From assembly GCA_049320885.1 (NCBI GenBank), contig JBMORA010000038.1, forward strand, positions 1-64,000: a DNA stretch of 64,000 nt, written 5' to 3'. The notes below the pieces were generated by a model. It was given only the letters and a program-made list of their open reading frames with translations, was not told the origin of the DNA and did no database searches. This DNA comes from Thermodesulfobacteriota bacterium (lineage in GTDB: Bacteria; Desulfobacterota; Desulfobacteria; Desulfobacterales; SURF-7). The position numbers and the translations under genes were made by a program. Shown one piece after another: positions 9,654 through 19,712 of the stretch (position 1 is its first letter; each line of letters begins with the position of its first letter).

Positions 9654-10616
9654 ATGAAACACATGAATGGCAGAAAACGGAATATTCTGGCGGTGATGAG
9701 TCTGGTATTGCTTCTGCTGGCGGCGGGTTTTGCTGAATTGGCCGAGGCGCGTTCCCGCGGTGGCGGCCGCTCCTTCGGCGGACGCGCCTTTTCAAGGCCC
9801 ACTACCCAGCCCCGGCCGGTCGCGCCGGATCGGATTTCCCGTCCCTCAACTTCCCCGCTTGGCGGCGGCGCCGGCGCGTTTACCCGGGGGCTGGCCGGCG
9901 GGATGCTGGGAGGATTTCTGGGCAGCATGCTCTTCGGCGGCACGGCCCATGGTATGGGGGCCGGCGGATTCGGCGGCAGCGGCATCGGCCTGTTTGAAAT
10001 TCTGCTGCTGGCGGGTCTGGGTTATTTTTTATACAAGCGGTTTTACCGGCCCCGGGCTTTTCCGGCGGGCATGGAGCCGGGGCGGAACGCCTTCGGGAAT
10101 GCAACCCGTTTGTTTGACGCCGGCTCGCGGGGCCGTCAGGAGGCCGGGGCCGATGACCTGGAAGATCCGCTGGTGGCCGGCGTCAGGGAAATCTGGGAGG
10201 TGGATGAAACCTTTCATCCCGAGCGATTCAAGGAGACCGCCCAGGATCTGTTTTTCAAGATCCAGGCCGGCTGGACCAGACGGGACACGGGGCCGCTGCG
10301 GGAATTCGTCGGCGATCAGCTCTTGAGCGAATATGAACGGCATTTCGCGGAAATGCGGCAACAGGGTCATATCAACCGGCTGGAAAACATCGCCGTGCGC
10401 AATGTGGAACTGGTGAACGCCGGGGTCGACGGCCAAGAAATCTTCGTCACCATCCGGTTCACGGCCAACCTGCTGGATTACACCGTGAACGATCGCACCG
10501 GCGACGTGCTGAGCGGTGATCCGGAAAATCCGGTCAAATTCCAGGAAAACTGGACCTTCGCCCGGCCCGCCGGCGGCGGCAACTGGAAACTGGAAGGGAT
10601 CGAAGAACAGAGTTAA
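9654..10616 (+). CDS. Tim44 domain-containing protein
   Basis: Signal peptide, AEAxxGGGRSFG, Gly-rich segment and TM helix. C-terminal FFKIQAGW...FQENWTFARP...WKLEGIE. Confidence 0.88.
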   Translation: MKHMNGRKRNILAVMSLVLLLLAAGFAELAEARSRGGGRSFGGRAFSRPTTQPRPVAPDRISRPSTSPLGGGAGAFTRGLAGGMLGGFLGSMLFGGTAHGMGAGGFGGSGIGLFEILLLAGLGYFLYKRFYRPRAFPAGMEPGRNAFGNATRLFDAGSRGRQEAGADDLEDPLVAGVREIWEVDETFHPERFKETAQDLFFKIQAGWTRRDTGPLREFVGDQLLSEYERHFAEMRQQGHINRLENIAVRNVELVNAGVDGQEIFVTIRFTANLLDYTVNDRTGDVLSGDPENPVKFQENWTFARPAGGGNWKLEGIEEQS

Positions 10617-10714
10617 AAATAATTTGTGACCGGCATGTTCCTATGGTATACCCCCCCCAGATCCGCAATCATATCGGAACTGACGAGATTTGATTCAAAA
10701 GGAGAAGGGGGGCT

Positions 10715-11338
10715 ATGAATCATCCGGAAGCAACACAGCTGGCGCTTTCCATTCTGCGGAAGGGGGATAATTTTCATTGGATCATCATTCCGGTGCTGGT
10801 GTTTGTTCTGTACATCTATTTCAACGAGCTAGCGAAGCAGAACCACCGGGGAATCGCCGCCGGATTGTCCCTGTACATGATCCACTGGTTTTATGAGATC
10901 CTGAACGCCCTGATCCAGCATGTTTCCGGTCATGCCCTGTGGACGGTGCCCACCGGCACCTGCTTTCTTCTCTTGGTGGGGGTGGGCATCGAGATCAGTC
11001 TGATGTTTTCGGTTGCCGGATTGGCCGCCAGCAAACTGTTGCTGGCGGACCCGAAGGCAACGGTGCTGGGCATCAACAACCGCTTCTTCTTTGGCACGGC
11101 CAACGCCCTGCTGGCCTCGATCCTCGAAATCTTTCTGGCCAAAACGCCCGCTTTCGTCTGGGTGTATCCCTGGTGGGGCGCTTCAACGGTTTTCGTGACC
11201 GTCTATATTCCCTTCTTCGTGGTTTCCGCCTATTGCCATGACTGGGCGCCCGCCACCCAGAAAAAATTCATCGGCGGGTTATTTTTGATCAACGCGGCGA
11301 TGCTCGCTGTTTTCGGCGGGTATCTCGGCTGGATTTAA
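10715..11338 (+). CDS. Conserved hypothetical multi-pass membrane protein
   Basis: AGGAG RBS, 207 aa with about 6 hydrophobic helices, genome-typical codon usage. Confidence 0.7.
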   Translation: MNHPEATQLALSILRKGDNFHWIIIPVLVFVLYIYFNELAKQNHRGIAAGLSLYMIHWFYEILNALIQHVSGHALWTVPTGTCFLLLVGVGIEISLMFSVAGLAASKLLLADPKATVLGINNRFFFGTANALLASILEIFLAKTPAFVWVYPWWGASTVFVTVYIPFFVVSAYCHDWAPATQKKFIGGLFLINAAMLAVFGGYLGWI

Positions 11339-11427
11339 AGCGGAGGCGGGTCCATCACCGGTCTTGCCGGGAAAGTCCGGTGATCTTGTATCCGTTAGCG
11401 AAAATGGAAAAGGAGGTAATACCCAGC

Positions 11428-13176
11428 ATGAGAATGAAAAAGACCGTTTACTTTTTTTTCGTTTTGGTGGTGAGCGCCGCACTGATGGCGGCCTCCCCTG
11501 TCCTGGCGGGCCACGGGGCCGCCGAATCCATTCCGTCGGCACCCAAGGAAAATGAAATCGAATTTGATATCAGCGGGTATATTCTCGACTCCCATCATGA
11601 ACCGGTCAATGAAGTGGCCCTTGCCGTGATGGACGGCGAAAAAATTCTCTGCGAGGTGGAATCCGACAGCGGCGGCAAATATATCGCCCGGTTTTTTATG
11701 GAGGAAAACCGGATCGATACCGCCGACCTGAAGCTGGTTGCGAAAAAATCAAGTTTCACCACCCAGACCATTCCCTTGTCTCCCGGAAGCATGTGCCGGC
11801 AGGGGAAACAATGCTCGTACTCCAAGGATATCAGCCTGGGGCGCACACTGGGGCCGGCATTCTGGATTTCCACCATCGTCTTCCTGGTGGCCTATGCCCT
11901 GATTTCCTTCGAATTGCTGCACCGAACCGTGGCTGCCATGCTCGGCGCGGCCCTGATGCTGGCGATTTCCTACACCTTCGGCACCCTGGATTTTCATCTG
12001 AGGATTTTTACCTTTGAATCCGCCATTGGTTCCATCGACATGAACGTCATCTTCCTGCTGCTCGGCATGATGGTGATCGTCGGGATCTTCAAGCGCACGG
12101 GGGTCTTCCAGTGGTGCGCCTACCTGTCCTACCGGCTGGCAAAGGGCAATGTGTTTCTCCTGGCGGTTTATTTGATGGTATTCACCGCGGTGACCTCCGC
12201 CTTTCTGGATAACGTGACCACCATGCTCCTGATCACCGGGGTGGCCATCGAGATCTGTCTTTCCCTGAAGATCAATCCCCTGACCATGCTGATTCCCATG
12301 ATCATGGCCTCCAATATCGGCGGCACGGCCACCCTCATCGGCGACCCCCCCAATATCATGATCGGATCCTACGCCGGGCTGACCTTCATGGATTTTGTCG
12401 TCGCCCTGTTCTGGGTTTGCGTGTTATCCATTATCGCGCTGCTCATATTCACCAAATTCGCCTGGGGCCGGGAGTATGCCATGGCCAAGGTGGAGGATGT
12501 GCCCAGGCACATTGAGGAGCTTCGGCAGCGGTATCAGATCACGGACAAGGGGTTGCTGGCCTGGGGGCTGCTGATCCTGGCATTCGTCATTTTCCTGTTT
12601 TTAAGCCATGGTTTCTGGCATATGGAAGTCAGCATCGCGGCGTTGCTGGGGGCCTCCGTTTTTCTCGTCATCGCCCTTTTGACCAAAAAAGTCGAGTTGC
12701 TGGAGCTCATTGAAAAAGATATCGAATGGCCCACCCTGATGTTTTTCATCTTTCTGTTCATCGTGGTGGGCGCGGTGGAATCCGCGGGTCTGCTCGCCCT
12801 GATCGCGGACTGGATACTGGATATTTCCGGGGGTAATTTTATCGTGGCGTGCAGCCTGATTCTGTGGGTATCGGCCATCATGTCGGCGTTTGTGGACAAT
12901 ATCCCCTTCACCGCCACCATGCTTCCCATTGTCGCTTACCTGAGCGCCGCCATCCCGGGATCGGAAAACACCCTCTGGTGGGCTCTGGCCCTGGGCGCAT
13001 GCTTCGGCGGCAACGGGACCATGATCGGCGCCTCGGCCAATGTGGTGACCGTCGGCATCGCGGAATCACGGGGATATAAAATCACGTTTTTCGGTTTTTT
13101 CAAAACGGCGTTTCCGTATATGATCATCAGCGTCCTGATCGCCCATGCATGGCTGTTGATATTCCGGCCGGTGTAA
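11428..13176 (+). CDS. ArsB/NhaD (IT superfamily) ion transporter with an N-terminal exported domain
   Basis: AGGAGG RBS. Motifs SAFLDNVTT, ASNIGGTATLIGDPPN, SAFVDNIPF, GGNGTMIGASAN. Confidence 0.88.
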   Translation: MRMKKTVYFFFVLVVSAALMAASPVLAGHGAAESIPSAPKENEIEFDISGYILDSHHEPVNEVALAVMDGEKILCEVESDSGGKYIARFFMEENRIDTADLKLVAKKSSFTTQTIPLSPGSMCRQGKQCSYSKDISLGRTLGPAFWISTIVFLVAYALISFELLHRTVAAMLGAALMLAISYTFGTLDFHLRIFTFESAIGSIDMNVIFLLLGMMVIVGIFKRTGVFQWCAYLSYRLAKGNVFLLAVYLMVFTAVTSAFLDNVTTMLLITGVAIEICLSLKINPLTMLIPMIMASNIGGTATLIGDPPNIMIGSYAGLTFMDFVVALFWVCVLSIIALLIFTKFAWGREYAMAKVEDVPRHIEELRQRYQITDKGLLAWGLLILAFVIFLFLSHGFWHMEVSIAALLGASVFLVIALLTKKVELLELIEKDIEWPTLMFFIFLFIVVGAVESAGLLALIADWILDISGGNFIVACSLILWVSAIMSAFVDNIPFTATMLPIVAYLSAAIPGSENTLWWALALGACFGGNGTMIGASANVVTVGIAESRGYKITFFGFFKTAFPYMIISVLIAHAWLLIFRPV

Positions 13177-13231
13177 GCCGGGAATGTGCAACCAAACTGG
13201 TTTTCAGAACAGACGGGAGAGGAGAGAACCG

Positions 13232-13822
13232 ATGGAAATGGATAAAACGATAAAAGACATCATGGTGCCCATTGAAAGATACGACACGATCGACGTCGAG
13301 GAACCCCTCTGCAATGCATTGATGATGATGAAGATGCGCTACGACCAGCTGAATCCGGAGCTGGAAAACCGGATCATCAAATCCGTGTTCGTGACCGAAA
13401 AATCCCGGGGCATCATCGGCAAACTGGATATGTACCACCTGATCCGGGCTTTTGTGCCCACGAAATCCCGCGACCCGGAATCCAGGGCCATCCAGGCCCT
13501 GATCTCTTCCCGGGTTCGAGATGCCGCCGCGGAGGTGGACAGAATCCAGGAGCGGTTCAACTGGGTGAACACCAGTTTTTCCGAACTGGTCCAACAGGAA
13601 ACCCGGAAGAGCATCCGGGAGTGCATGGTGCCGGCGCATCCGGTTCTCAAGGAAGATGATACGATCAACTGGGCGATTTATAACATGTTCCGGCTCAATG
13701 TACGGCAACTGCTGGTCACCCGGGGCAAAGAGGTCGTCGGCGTGTTGAATTTCAGGGGCATTTTTGATGAGCTCATGCGCATCGTGGGGCCGTCATGCGA
13801 GCTGATCATGCCGCAACCATAA
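13232..13822 (+). CDS. CBS domain-containing protein
   Basis: KTIKDIMVP...Y, IRECMVP, LLVTRGKEVVGVL form a CBS-pair pattern. GGAG RBS. Confidence 0.75.
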   Translation: MEMDKTIKDIMVPIERYDTIDVEEPLCNALMMMKMRYDQLNPELENRIIKSVFVTEKSRGIIGKLDMYHLIRAFVPTKSRDPESRAIQALISSRVRDAAAEVDRIQERFNWVNTSFSELVQQETRKSIRECMVPAHPVLKEDDTINWAIYNMFRLNVRQLLVTRGKEVVGVLNFRGIFDELMRIVGPSCELIMPQP

Positions 13823-13872
13823 ACGGGTTAGGTAAATCGCCTTCCGGAAAGCTCCGGGCTGGAGTCGGGGGT

Positions 13873-14358
13873 ATGAAACGAATCGTCCTGTTGCTTGGCT
13901 GCGTCGCCGTACTGACCTTGTCCGCCGTTGCCGGCGAAATAAAGGAAATCGAGCTGAGTGATGGAAGCGTCATCACCGGCGAGGTTCTTTCCCTGAACAA
14001 CGGCGTATACAAAATCAGAACGGCAACCCTTGGCGATCTGACGGTTGAGGAGTCCAAGGTCCTCGTCATCCGGTCGCCGGGGGACTCCTTTGCCGGCGGC
14101 AAAGCCGTTTCCACCGCGTCATCCGACCGGAGTCCCGATATTCATGCCCTCCAACAGGAGATGATGAACGACCGGCAGGTCATGGACATGATTCAGTCGC
14201 TGCAGGACGATCCTCAGTTCAAGGAGGTGATGGCGGATCCCGCCATCATGCAGGCGGTGAATTCCGGCGACGTCGAAGCGCTCATGAACAATCCGAAATT
14301 TCTGGAACTCATGCAAAACGCCACCGTGAAGGATATCCAAGAGAGGGTTGCCGACTAG
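13873..14358 (+). CDS. Exported hypothetical protein with an STI1-like Met/DP-rich C-terminus
   Basis: Signal peptide MKRIVLLLGC, a beta-rich domain (IELSDGSVITGEV), then DDPQFKEVMADPAIMQ...MNNPKFLELMQN. Confidence 0.7.
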   Translation: MKRIVLLLGCVAVLTLSAVAGEIKEIELSDGSVITGEVLSLNNGVYKIRTATLGDLTVEESKVLVIRSPGDSFAGGKAVSTASSDRSPDIHALQQEMMNDRQVMDMIQSLQDDPQFKEVMADPAIMQAVNSGDVEALMNNPKFLELMQNATVKDIQERVAD

Positions 14359-14527
14359 CAACCCGGCAGCTGCCACGTCCCCCCCCCGCTCAATGTATGC
14401 GGCCACGCTTTCAATTGACAAATGCCATGGAGTGAATATGGTATGGTCAGCTACGGAATTTCATGACTTCCGAGGGGTGTATAACAAGTGCTGGCGCCGT
14501 GAACGGTTTAAGCGAAGGAGGTGGGCA

Positions 14528-14731
14528 ATGAATATCACCAGTTGTTTTCCCCAGACCATATCCAAGTTGTTCCTGGCAATCCTACTGGCCATTTTCGCCC
14601 TGGGTTTTGTGGTGTCCGGATTCACCGTTTTGCCGATTATCGGTTTTGTGGCGGCAATCCCGTTCATCGGGATTTCGATCTACCTGTTCAAGGCCCACTT
14701 GAACAAGCAGTGCGAGATCGAACCGGCATGA
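14528..14731 (+). CDS. Small two-TM hypothetical protein
   Basis: AAGGAGG RBS, 67 aa with two hydrophobic helices. Confidence 0.65.
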   Translation: MNITSCFPQTISKLFLAILLAIFALGFVVSGFTVLPIIGFVAAIPFIGISIYLFKAHLNKQCEIEPA

Positions 14732-14844
14732 AGCGGTTCCCATGGCTTTTGACTATGTAGTATGCTGCTGCCTTCTGGGGAGGGTGAACCCGTGTCATGA
14801 AAAAACTGTCGGATCCGTTCCGGTTGCAACCAGGGAAATCATGA

Positions 14845-15312
14845 ATGGAATACATCGGCATTATCCACTCCCCTTTTCGAGAAATCGAAAATATGCCCAT
14901 CCAGCCGAGGGGGGCCAGAGGCATCGAGGGAACGGTACATGTCTACGAACCCTATGTGCAGGGACTTGAAGACCTGGACGGTTTCAGCCACATTTATCTG
15001 ATTTACCGGTTTCACCAAGCGACGAAGACAAGCCTGCTGGTGACGCCTTTCATGGATACCCGGCAGCGTGGTGTGTTCGCGACCCGATCCCCATTGCGGC
15101 CGAACCACATCGGATTATCCATTGTCCGTCTGCAAAGAATTGACCAGGGGGTTCTGACCGTGAAGGGGGTCGATGTAATCGATGGCACCCCGCTTCTGGA
15201 TATCAAGCCGTACATTGAAAAATTCGACGCTGTCGCCCACAGTACTTCCGGGTGGATGACGGCTACAACGGAAGAAGTATCGAAAAAGCGTTCCGACAAC
15301 CGTTTTAAATGA
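14845..15312 (+). CDS. tsaA: tRNA (N6-threonylcarbamoyladenosine37-N6)-methyltransferase TrmO/TsaA-like
   Basis: IGIIHSPF, FSHIYLIYRFH, GVFATRSPLRPNHIGLS, DGTPLLDIKPY. Confidence 0.88.
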   Translation: MEYIGIIHSPFREIENMPIQPRGARGIEGTVHVYEPYVQGLEDLDGFSHIYLIYRFHQATKTSLLVTPFMDTRQRGVFATRSPLRPNHIGLSIVRLQRIDQGVLTVKGVDVIDGTPLLDIKPYIEKFDAVAHSTSGWMTATTEEVSKKRSDNRFK

Positions 15313-15319
15313 TCTGGAG

Positions 15320-16726
15320 CTATCCCTCGGTGTAATCTTGCCACAGATTCCGCTGAATGCGTATATACCAATAGGTCCGCCAGAGGATTTTCATCACTTC
15401 CAGGGGATTCACCGGCGCCTTGCTGTGGGAAAGGGGATTCCGCCGGATCGCCACCCGGGTCAGCTCGGCGAAACGGGCATAGAATTCTTTCAGGGGCAGC
15501 CGCGCCGGCAGAATCGTGTGCATGCAATCGTAATAGTGGATCGGGTCACAGATGAAGCGGGGGGCAAGGTCGCGCCAGGCGGCGGTTCCCGGTGAGGGAG
15601 AGTAGACCGTGAAGGTGGCTTCCACCGGCGGCAGGCTCTGGAGATAGCGTTTCAGGCGGTCGAAGTCCTCCGCGGAAAACTCCGGCATGACCATGAATGC
15701 CGGATGAACCGTGATGCCGCATTCTTCCAGGATCCGGACGGCCGTGTCGTTTTGTTCCGCCGTGGCTTTTTTGTTCAGTTTCTTCAGGGTGTCCTCGTCC
15801 GGACTTTCCAGCCCCACGTAAACGATCTCCAGGCCGATTTGCCGCCAGGTCTGAAACAAATCCGGATTTTTGCAGATGGTGTTGCTGCGGGCCCAGGTCA
15901 CGAAATGTTTCCGGATACCCCGTTCCTCGATCTTCCGGGCCAGTTCCCGCATGTATTCCGGGGCCAGGAAGGTCTCGTCGTCCACAAAATACACATAGTC
16001 CTCCCGGATGGCTTCCAGCTCGGCGAGAACATCTTCCACGTCTCTTCGGTGATGCTTCCGGCCGGAGAGGTGGGGGACCACGCAGAAGGCGCAGTCATAG
16101 GCGCAGCCGAAGGATGTCCGCATGGATGCCATGCGGGGAAATATCGAATCGGCAAACGATTTGTGGGGCGAACTCCAGACGCAGGAGTACCGGGATCGAT
16201 CCACCAGATCCCTACGGGGATGCGGCATGTGCGCAATCCCCGGATGAACGGGAATCGGTCCGAAACCGCCGCCGGCCGGGCGATGCACATTGGGAATCGT
16301 GAAGACATCCCCGCCGGTCTCCAGGCACTCCAGCATGCGTTTGAAGGTGCCGTAGCCTTCCCCGCGGACAATGGCGTCGAGGAAGGGGAAGTCGCAATTC
16401 TCCGGCATGATGGTGGCGTGATGGCCGCCGAGCAGCAGGAAGGCGTCCGGACACAGTTTCCGCGCGATCAAACCGTATTCGACCACTTTTTCTCGCTGGT
16501 TGCTGTAAGCCGTGAAACCGACGATATCCGGCCGGAACCGTTTCAGCAGGCGCCTCAGCCGGTTTGGCGGTCTTTTTTCCAGGGTGAGATCCAGGATCCG
16601 GACCTCGTGTCCCGGCGGGACGGCGGCGGCGACATATTCGAGGTCAAGTGGTTCCAGATGGATATAGGTCAGGAGCTGCTTGACGACTTTCAGGTGCGAA
16701 TCGGGTCTGATGAGTAAAATCCGCAT
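15320..16726 (-). CDS. B12-binding domain radical SAM protein
   Basis: N-terminal EPLDLEYVA and GGHHAT (B12-binding domain). TSFGCAYDCAFC gives CxxxCxxC. Also FVDDE and GLES. Confidence 0.9.
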   Translation of the reverse strand: MRILLIRPDSHLKVVKQLLTYIHLEPLDLEYVAAAVPPGHEVRILDLTLEKRPPNRLRRLLKRFRPDIVGFTAYSNQREKVVEYGLIARKLCPDAFLLLGGHHATIMPENCDFPFLDAIVRGEGYGTFKRMLECLETGGDVFTIPNVHRPAGGGFGPIPVHPGIAHMPHPRRDLVDRSRYSCVWSSPHKSFADSIFPRMASMRTSFGCAYDCAFCVVPHLSGRKHHRRDVEDVLAELEAIREDYVYFVDDETFLAPEYMRELARKIEERGIRKHFVTWARSNTICKNPDLFQTWRQIGLEIVYVGLESPDEDTLKKLNKKATAEQNDTAVRILEECGITVHPAFMVMPEFSAEDFDRLKRYLQSLPPVEATFTVYSPSPGTAAWRDLAPRFICDPIHYYDCMHTILPARLPLKEFYARFAELTRVAIRRNPLSHSKAPVNPLEVMKILWRTYWYIRIQRNLWQDYTEG

Positions 16727-16803
16727 TCGAATTCCATGCCCGGCGGTGCGGCGCCGTTCTTGCCCACTCTACGGTGGGTTTGCGTGTCAACCCTTCTGGT
16801 TTT

Positions 16804-17631
16804 TCATCGAACCGAGGAAGGCGCCACCTGGAGACGGATGGACTGAATTCCATCGATCCCTTTGACCAACGCGTTCACCTGGTCGTTCAGTTTGCGTTCC
16901 TGGTCTTCGTTCTTGGCCACCTGCAGATAAAAGGGCGCATCTAGCTGGATGAGCACGGCGCCGGCGACGCTGCTGACCCTGGCCGTGGGATACTGGTTGA
17001 CCAAAGCGGCCTGCACACTGGCGGCGAGCACCAGATCCTGCAGCATGCCGGCGGATTCGGGAGTGGTCTGGAAACAGGGCCGCCTGGCGATAGCGAACAG
17101 GATGTCCACGGCATCGTCCACACCCAGCGAATCGATGTGCAACACGACATCGTACAGACTCGGATCCCAGGCATCGATGCCGAAGAGGTGCAGGGACCAT
17201 TTCCGGCGTTCTTCATCATCCTTCCTCAACAGATAACGCGCCTGATCCTCGGGGATATTTTCTCTTTTCATTTCTTCCCGTACACGGTCGTCCAGGTTGG
17301 CGATGATGCGGACCTTTAAAATATGGGGTACGTTGCGGAGGAAGAAATGGCCGGCCAGGCCGTGGTAGACGATATTGTCCTTGGCCACATGCGCCAGCAG
17401 CGCCCGGCGGATGTGGGCGATGAATTTTTCCTTGCCGTGGGTAAAACGCTCCAGCACCGAAGGGGCGTCGTGAATGGCCCGGATCAGTTTGACTTCCGGG
17501 ATGTTGAATTGTTCCGATGCTTCCAGAATAATTTCGCGGGAAATGCATTCATACTTCAATTTCCCGGCTAGCTTTTCCGCGATTTCCTTCCCCTTGCTGT
17601 AGGAGCCCCTGGATATGGTGATGACAGCCAT
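16804..17631 (-). CDS. Cytidylate kinase-like family protein
   Basis: MAVITISRGSYSKGKEIAEKLA, NIVYHGLAGHFFL, DPSLYDVVL. Confidence 0.85.
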   Translation of the reverse strand: MAVITISRGSYSKGKEIAEKLAGKLKYECISREIILEASEQFNIPEVKLIRAIHDAPSVLERFTHGKEKFIAHIRRALLAHVAKDNIVYHGLAGHFFLRNVPHILKVRIIANLDDRVREEMKRENIPEDQARYLLRKDDEERRKWSLHLFGIDAWDPSLYDVVLHIDSLGVDDAVDILFAIARRPCFQTTPESAGMLQDLVLAASVQAALVNQYPTARVSSVAGAVLIQLDAPFYLQVAKNEDQERKLNDQVNALVKGIDGIQSIRLQVAPSSVR

Positions 17632-17874
17632 CTGTGTTTCTCCGGATCTGTAACAATTGATGAAATGGTGAAAAGTCCCTCTTCCGTCGCTCCCGCGACA
17701 GTGGGGGCCCGGAACGTATTGTATTTACTGGATGCCGGCTGGAGTCGGGCATGACGAAAAACTGGAATCCAGCCGCCACTGGCTGACCCGTCTACCATCC
17801 CGCACGGATTGTATTCGGCCTAATACCTATCAACCGGAGGCGGACTTGTAAAGCGTTTCCAAATATTCTTTGCC

Positions 17875-17925
17875 ATGTTGACAACGTAAACATTTTGTGC
17901 CATGAATGTTGACAGTGGCAACATT
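17875..17925. promoter_or_regulatory. Tandem TetR-type operators overlapping the tetR promoter
   Basis: ATGTTGACAACGTAAACAT (17875-17893) and AATGTTGACAGTGGCAACATT (17905-17925). Both are inverted repeats containing TTGACA. Confidence 0.6.
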
Positions 17926-17957
17926 TATGGCGAAAGGCGGCGGATCCGACAACCCGG

Positions 17958-18611
17958 ATGAACACGTATCATCACGGAAATCTACAGAACACCCTGATCC
18001 AGGCGACCCTCGAGCTGATCGGCAAAAAAGGGGTGGAGGCGTTCACCATTCGTGAAGTCGCCCGGCGGGCGGGTGTCAGCCATGCGGCGCCTTATCGTCA
18101 TTTCAAGGATAAGGATACCCTGCTGGCCGCTGTGGCCAAGGAAGGCTTCGATACGATGGTCCGGCACATGCGTGACCGCATCGCCGAATGTCCGGAAGAT
18201 CGACTTCGGCAATTTCAAAACTGCGGCATCGCTTATATCGAGTTCGCCATCCGTCACCCGGCCCATTACCGGGTGATGTTCGGACCCGCTAAATCCAGAA
18301 GTAGGGAAACCGAAGCGGTGCGCGAATCCGCTGCCGCCGCTTTTCAGACCCTGCTGGATTGCATCGCGGCCTGTCAGGCGGCAGGCCTTGTCCGTTCCGG
18401 AGAACTGCCGGATATGGCCCTTTCGGCCTGGTCATTGGTGCATGGGTTCGCCATGTTGTGTATCGACCGCTATGTCACGGAAACCAGACCGAATTCCCGG
18501 AATCTGGAGGGGATGATGCGTGTCGTGACCGAAAGCCTGTATGTCGGCCTGCGGCCGGTTGCCCCGTCCATGAAATCCGAAACACCAACCCCTCCAAGAG
18601 AAGGAGAGTGA
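17958..18611 (+). CDS. TetR/AcrR family transcriptional regulator (WHG-type C-terminus)
   Basis: YHHGNL, IREVARRAGVSHAAPYRHF HTH, and WSLVHG. Confidence 0.92.
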   Translation: MNTYHHGNLQNTLIQATLELIGKKGVEAFTIREVARRAGVSHAAPYRHFKDKDTLLAAVAKEGFDTMVRHMRDRIAECPEDRLRQFQNCGIAYIEFAIRHPAHYRVMFGPAKSRSRETEAVRESAAAAFQTLLDCIAACQAAGLVRSGELPDMALSAWSLVHGFAMLCIDRYVTETRPNSRNLEGMMRVVTESLYVGLRPVAPSMKSETPTPPREGE

Positions 18612-18613
18612 TC

Positions 18614-19699
18614 ATGACCGATTCGATTTACCACCGGCTGGCCCGGGTGCTCGACACCCTGCCCAACGGTTTTCCCGCCACCCCGAGCGGTGTCGAGATC
18701 AAGTTGCTGCGCAAAATTTTCGAACCGGACGAAGCCGAGCTTTTTTGCGACCTGCGGCTGAAATACGAGACCCCGGAAGAAGTGGCCCGGCGCACGGGAA
18801 GGCCCCTGGAAAACCTTGGGGAAAAACTGAACCGCATGTGGCGGCGCGGTCTGTTGTTCGGGATCGATTTCGGCACCGTCCAGGTGTTCCGGATCCTGCC
18901 CTGGGTATTCGGCATTTATGAATTCCAGCTGAACCGGATGGACCGGGAATTCGCGGAACTCTGCGAGGAGTATGCCCCCGTTTTCGGCCGGCAGTTCTTC
19001 GGCAACAAGCCGCAGCTCATGCAGGTGGTTCCCGTTGAAAAAGAGCTCCGGAATCTTCAGGCGACCCTGCCCTACGAAAAGGTGTCCGCCATCATCGAGA
19101 CCGGGCTTTCCTTCGGCCTGAACGAATGCATCTGTAAAAAGGAAAAGCATATATTGGACAAGGGCTGCCGGAAACCGCTGGAAGTCTGTCTGGCCATCGC
19201 GCCGGTGCCGGGGGTGTTCGACCATCATCCGTTGATCAAAAAGGCCATCACCAAGGAGGAGGCCTATGAAGTCCTGCGGATTTCGGAAGAGGCCGGACTG
19301 GTTCATCTGACCAGCAATGTGGAAAACGGGCATTATTATATCTGCAATTGCTGCGGCTGCTGCTGCGGGGTCCTGCGGTCCATCAATGAACTGGGAATCA
19401 GCGAGGCAATCAACAGCGCTTTCCATGCCGAGATCGATCCGTCGCAATGCATCGGCTGCGGCCTGTGCGCGGATGAGCGCTGCCAGATCCACGCCATTCA
19501 CGCCGGACCGGACGGTATCCATCGGGTCGACCGGCAAAAATGCATCGGCTGTGGTCTGTGTGTAACCCATTGCCCGGTGGAGGCCATTCAATTGATCCGC
19601 AAGGAAACCGCCGACCTGGTTGCGCCGCCGAAGGACGAGAAGGAATGGTTTGCAAAACGGGGTGACCTGCGCGGGGTGGATTTCAGCGGCTATCGGTAA
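18614..19699 (+). CDS. 4Fe-4S binding protein
   Basis: CICK, CNCCGCCCG, CIGCGLCADERC, CIGCGLCVTHCP. AAGGAG RBS. Confidence 0.88.
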   Translation: MTDSIYHRLARVLDTLPNGFPATPSGVEIKLLRKIFEPDEAELFCDLRLKYETPEEVARRTGRPLENLGEKLNRMWRRGLLFGIDFGTVQVFRILPWVFGIYEFQLNRMDREFAELCEEYAPVFGRQFFGNKPQLMQVVPVEKELRNLQATLPYEKVSAIIETGLSFGLNECICKKEKHILDKGCRKPLEVCLAIAPVPGVFDHHPLIKKAITKEEAYEVLRISEEAGLVHLTSNVENGHYYICNCCGCCCGVLRSINELGISEAINSAFHAEIDPSQCIGCGLCADERCQIHAIHAGPDGIHRVDRQKCIGCGLCVTHCPVEAIQLIRKETADLVAPPKDEKEWFAKRGDLRGVDFSGYR

Positions 19700-19712
19700 T
19701 CCGGGCGGTAGC

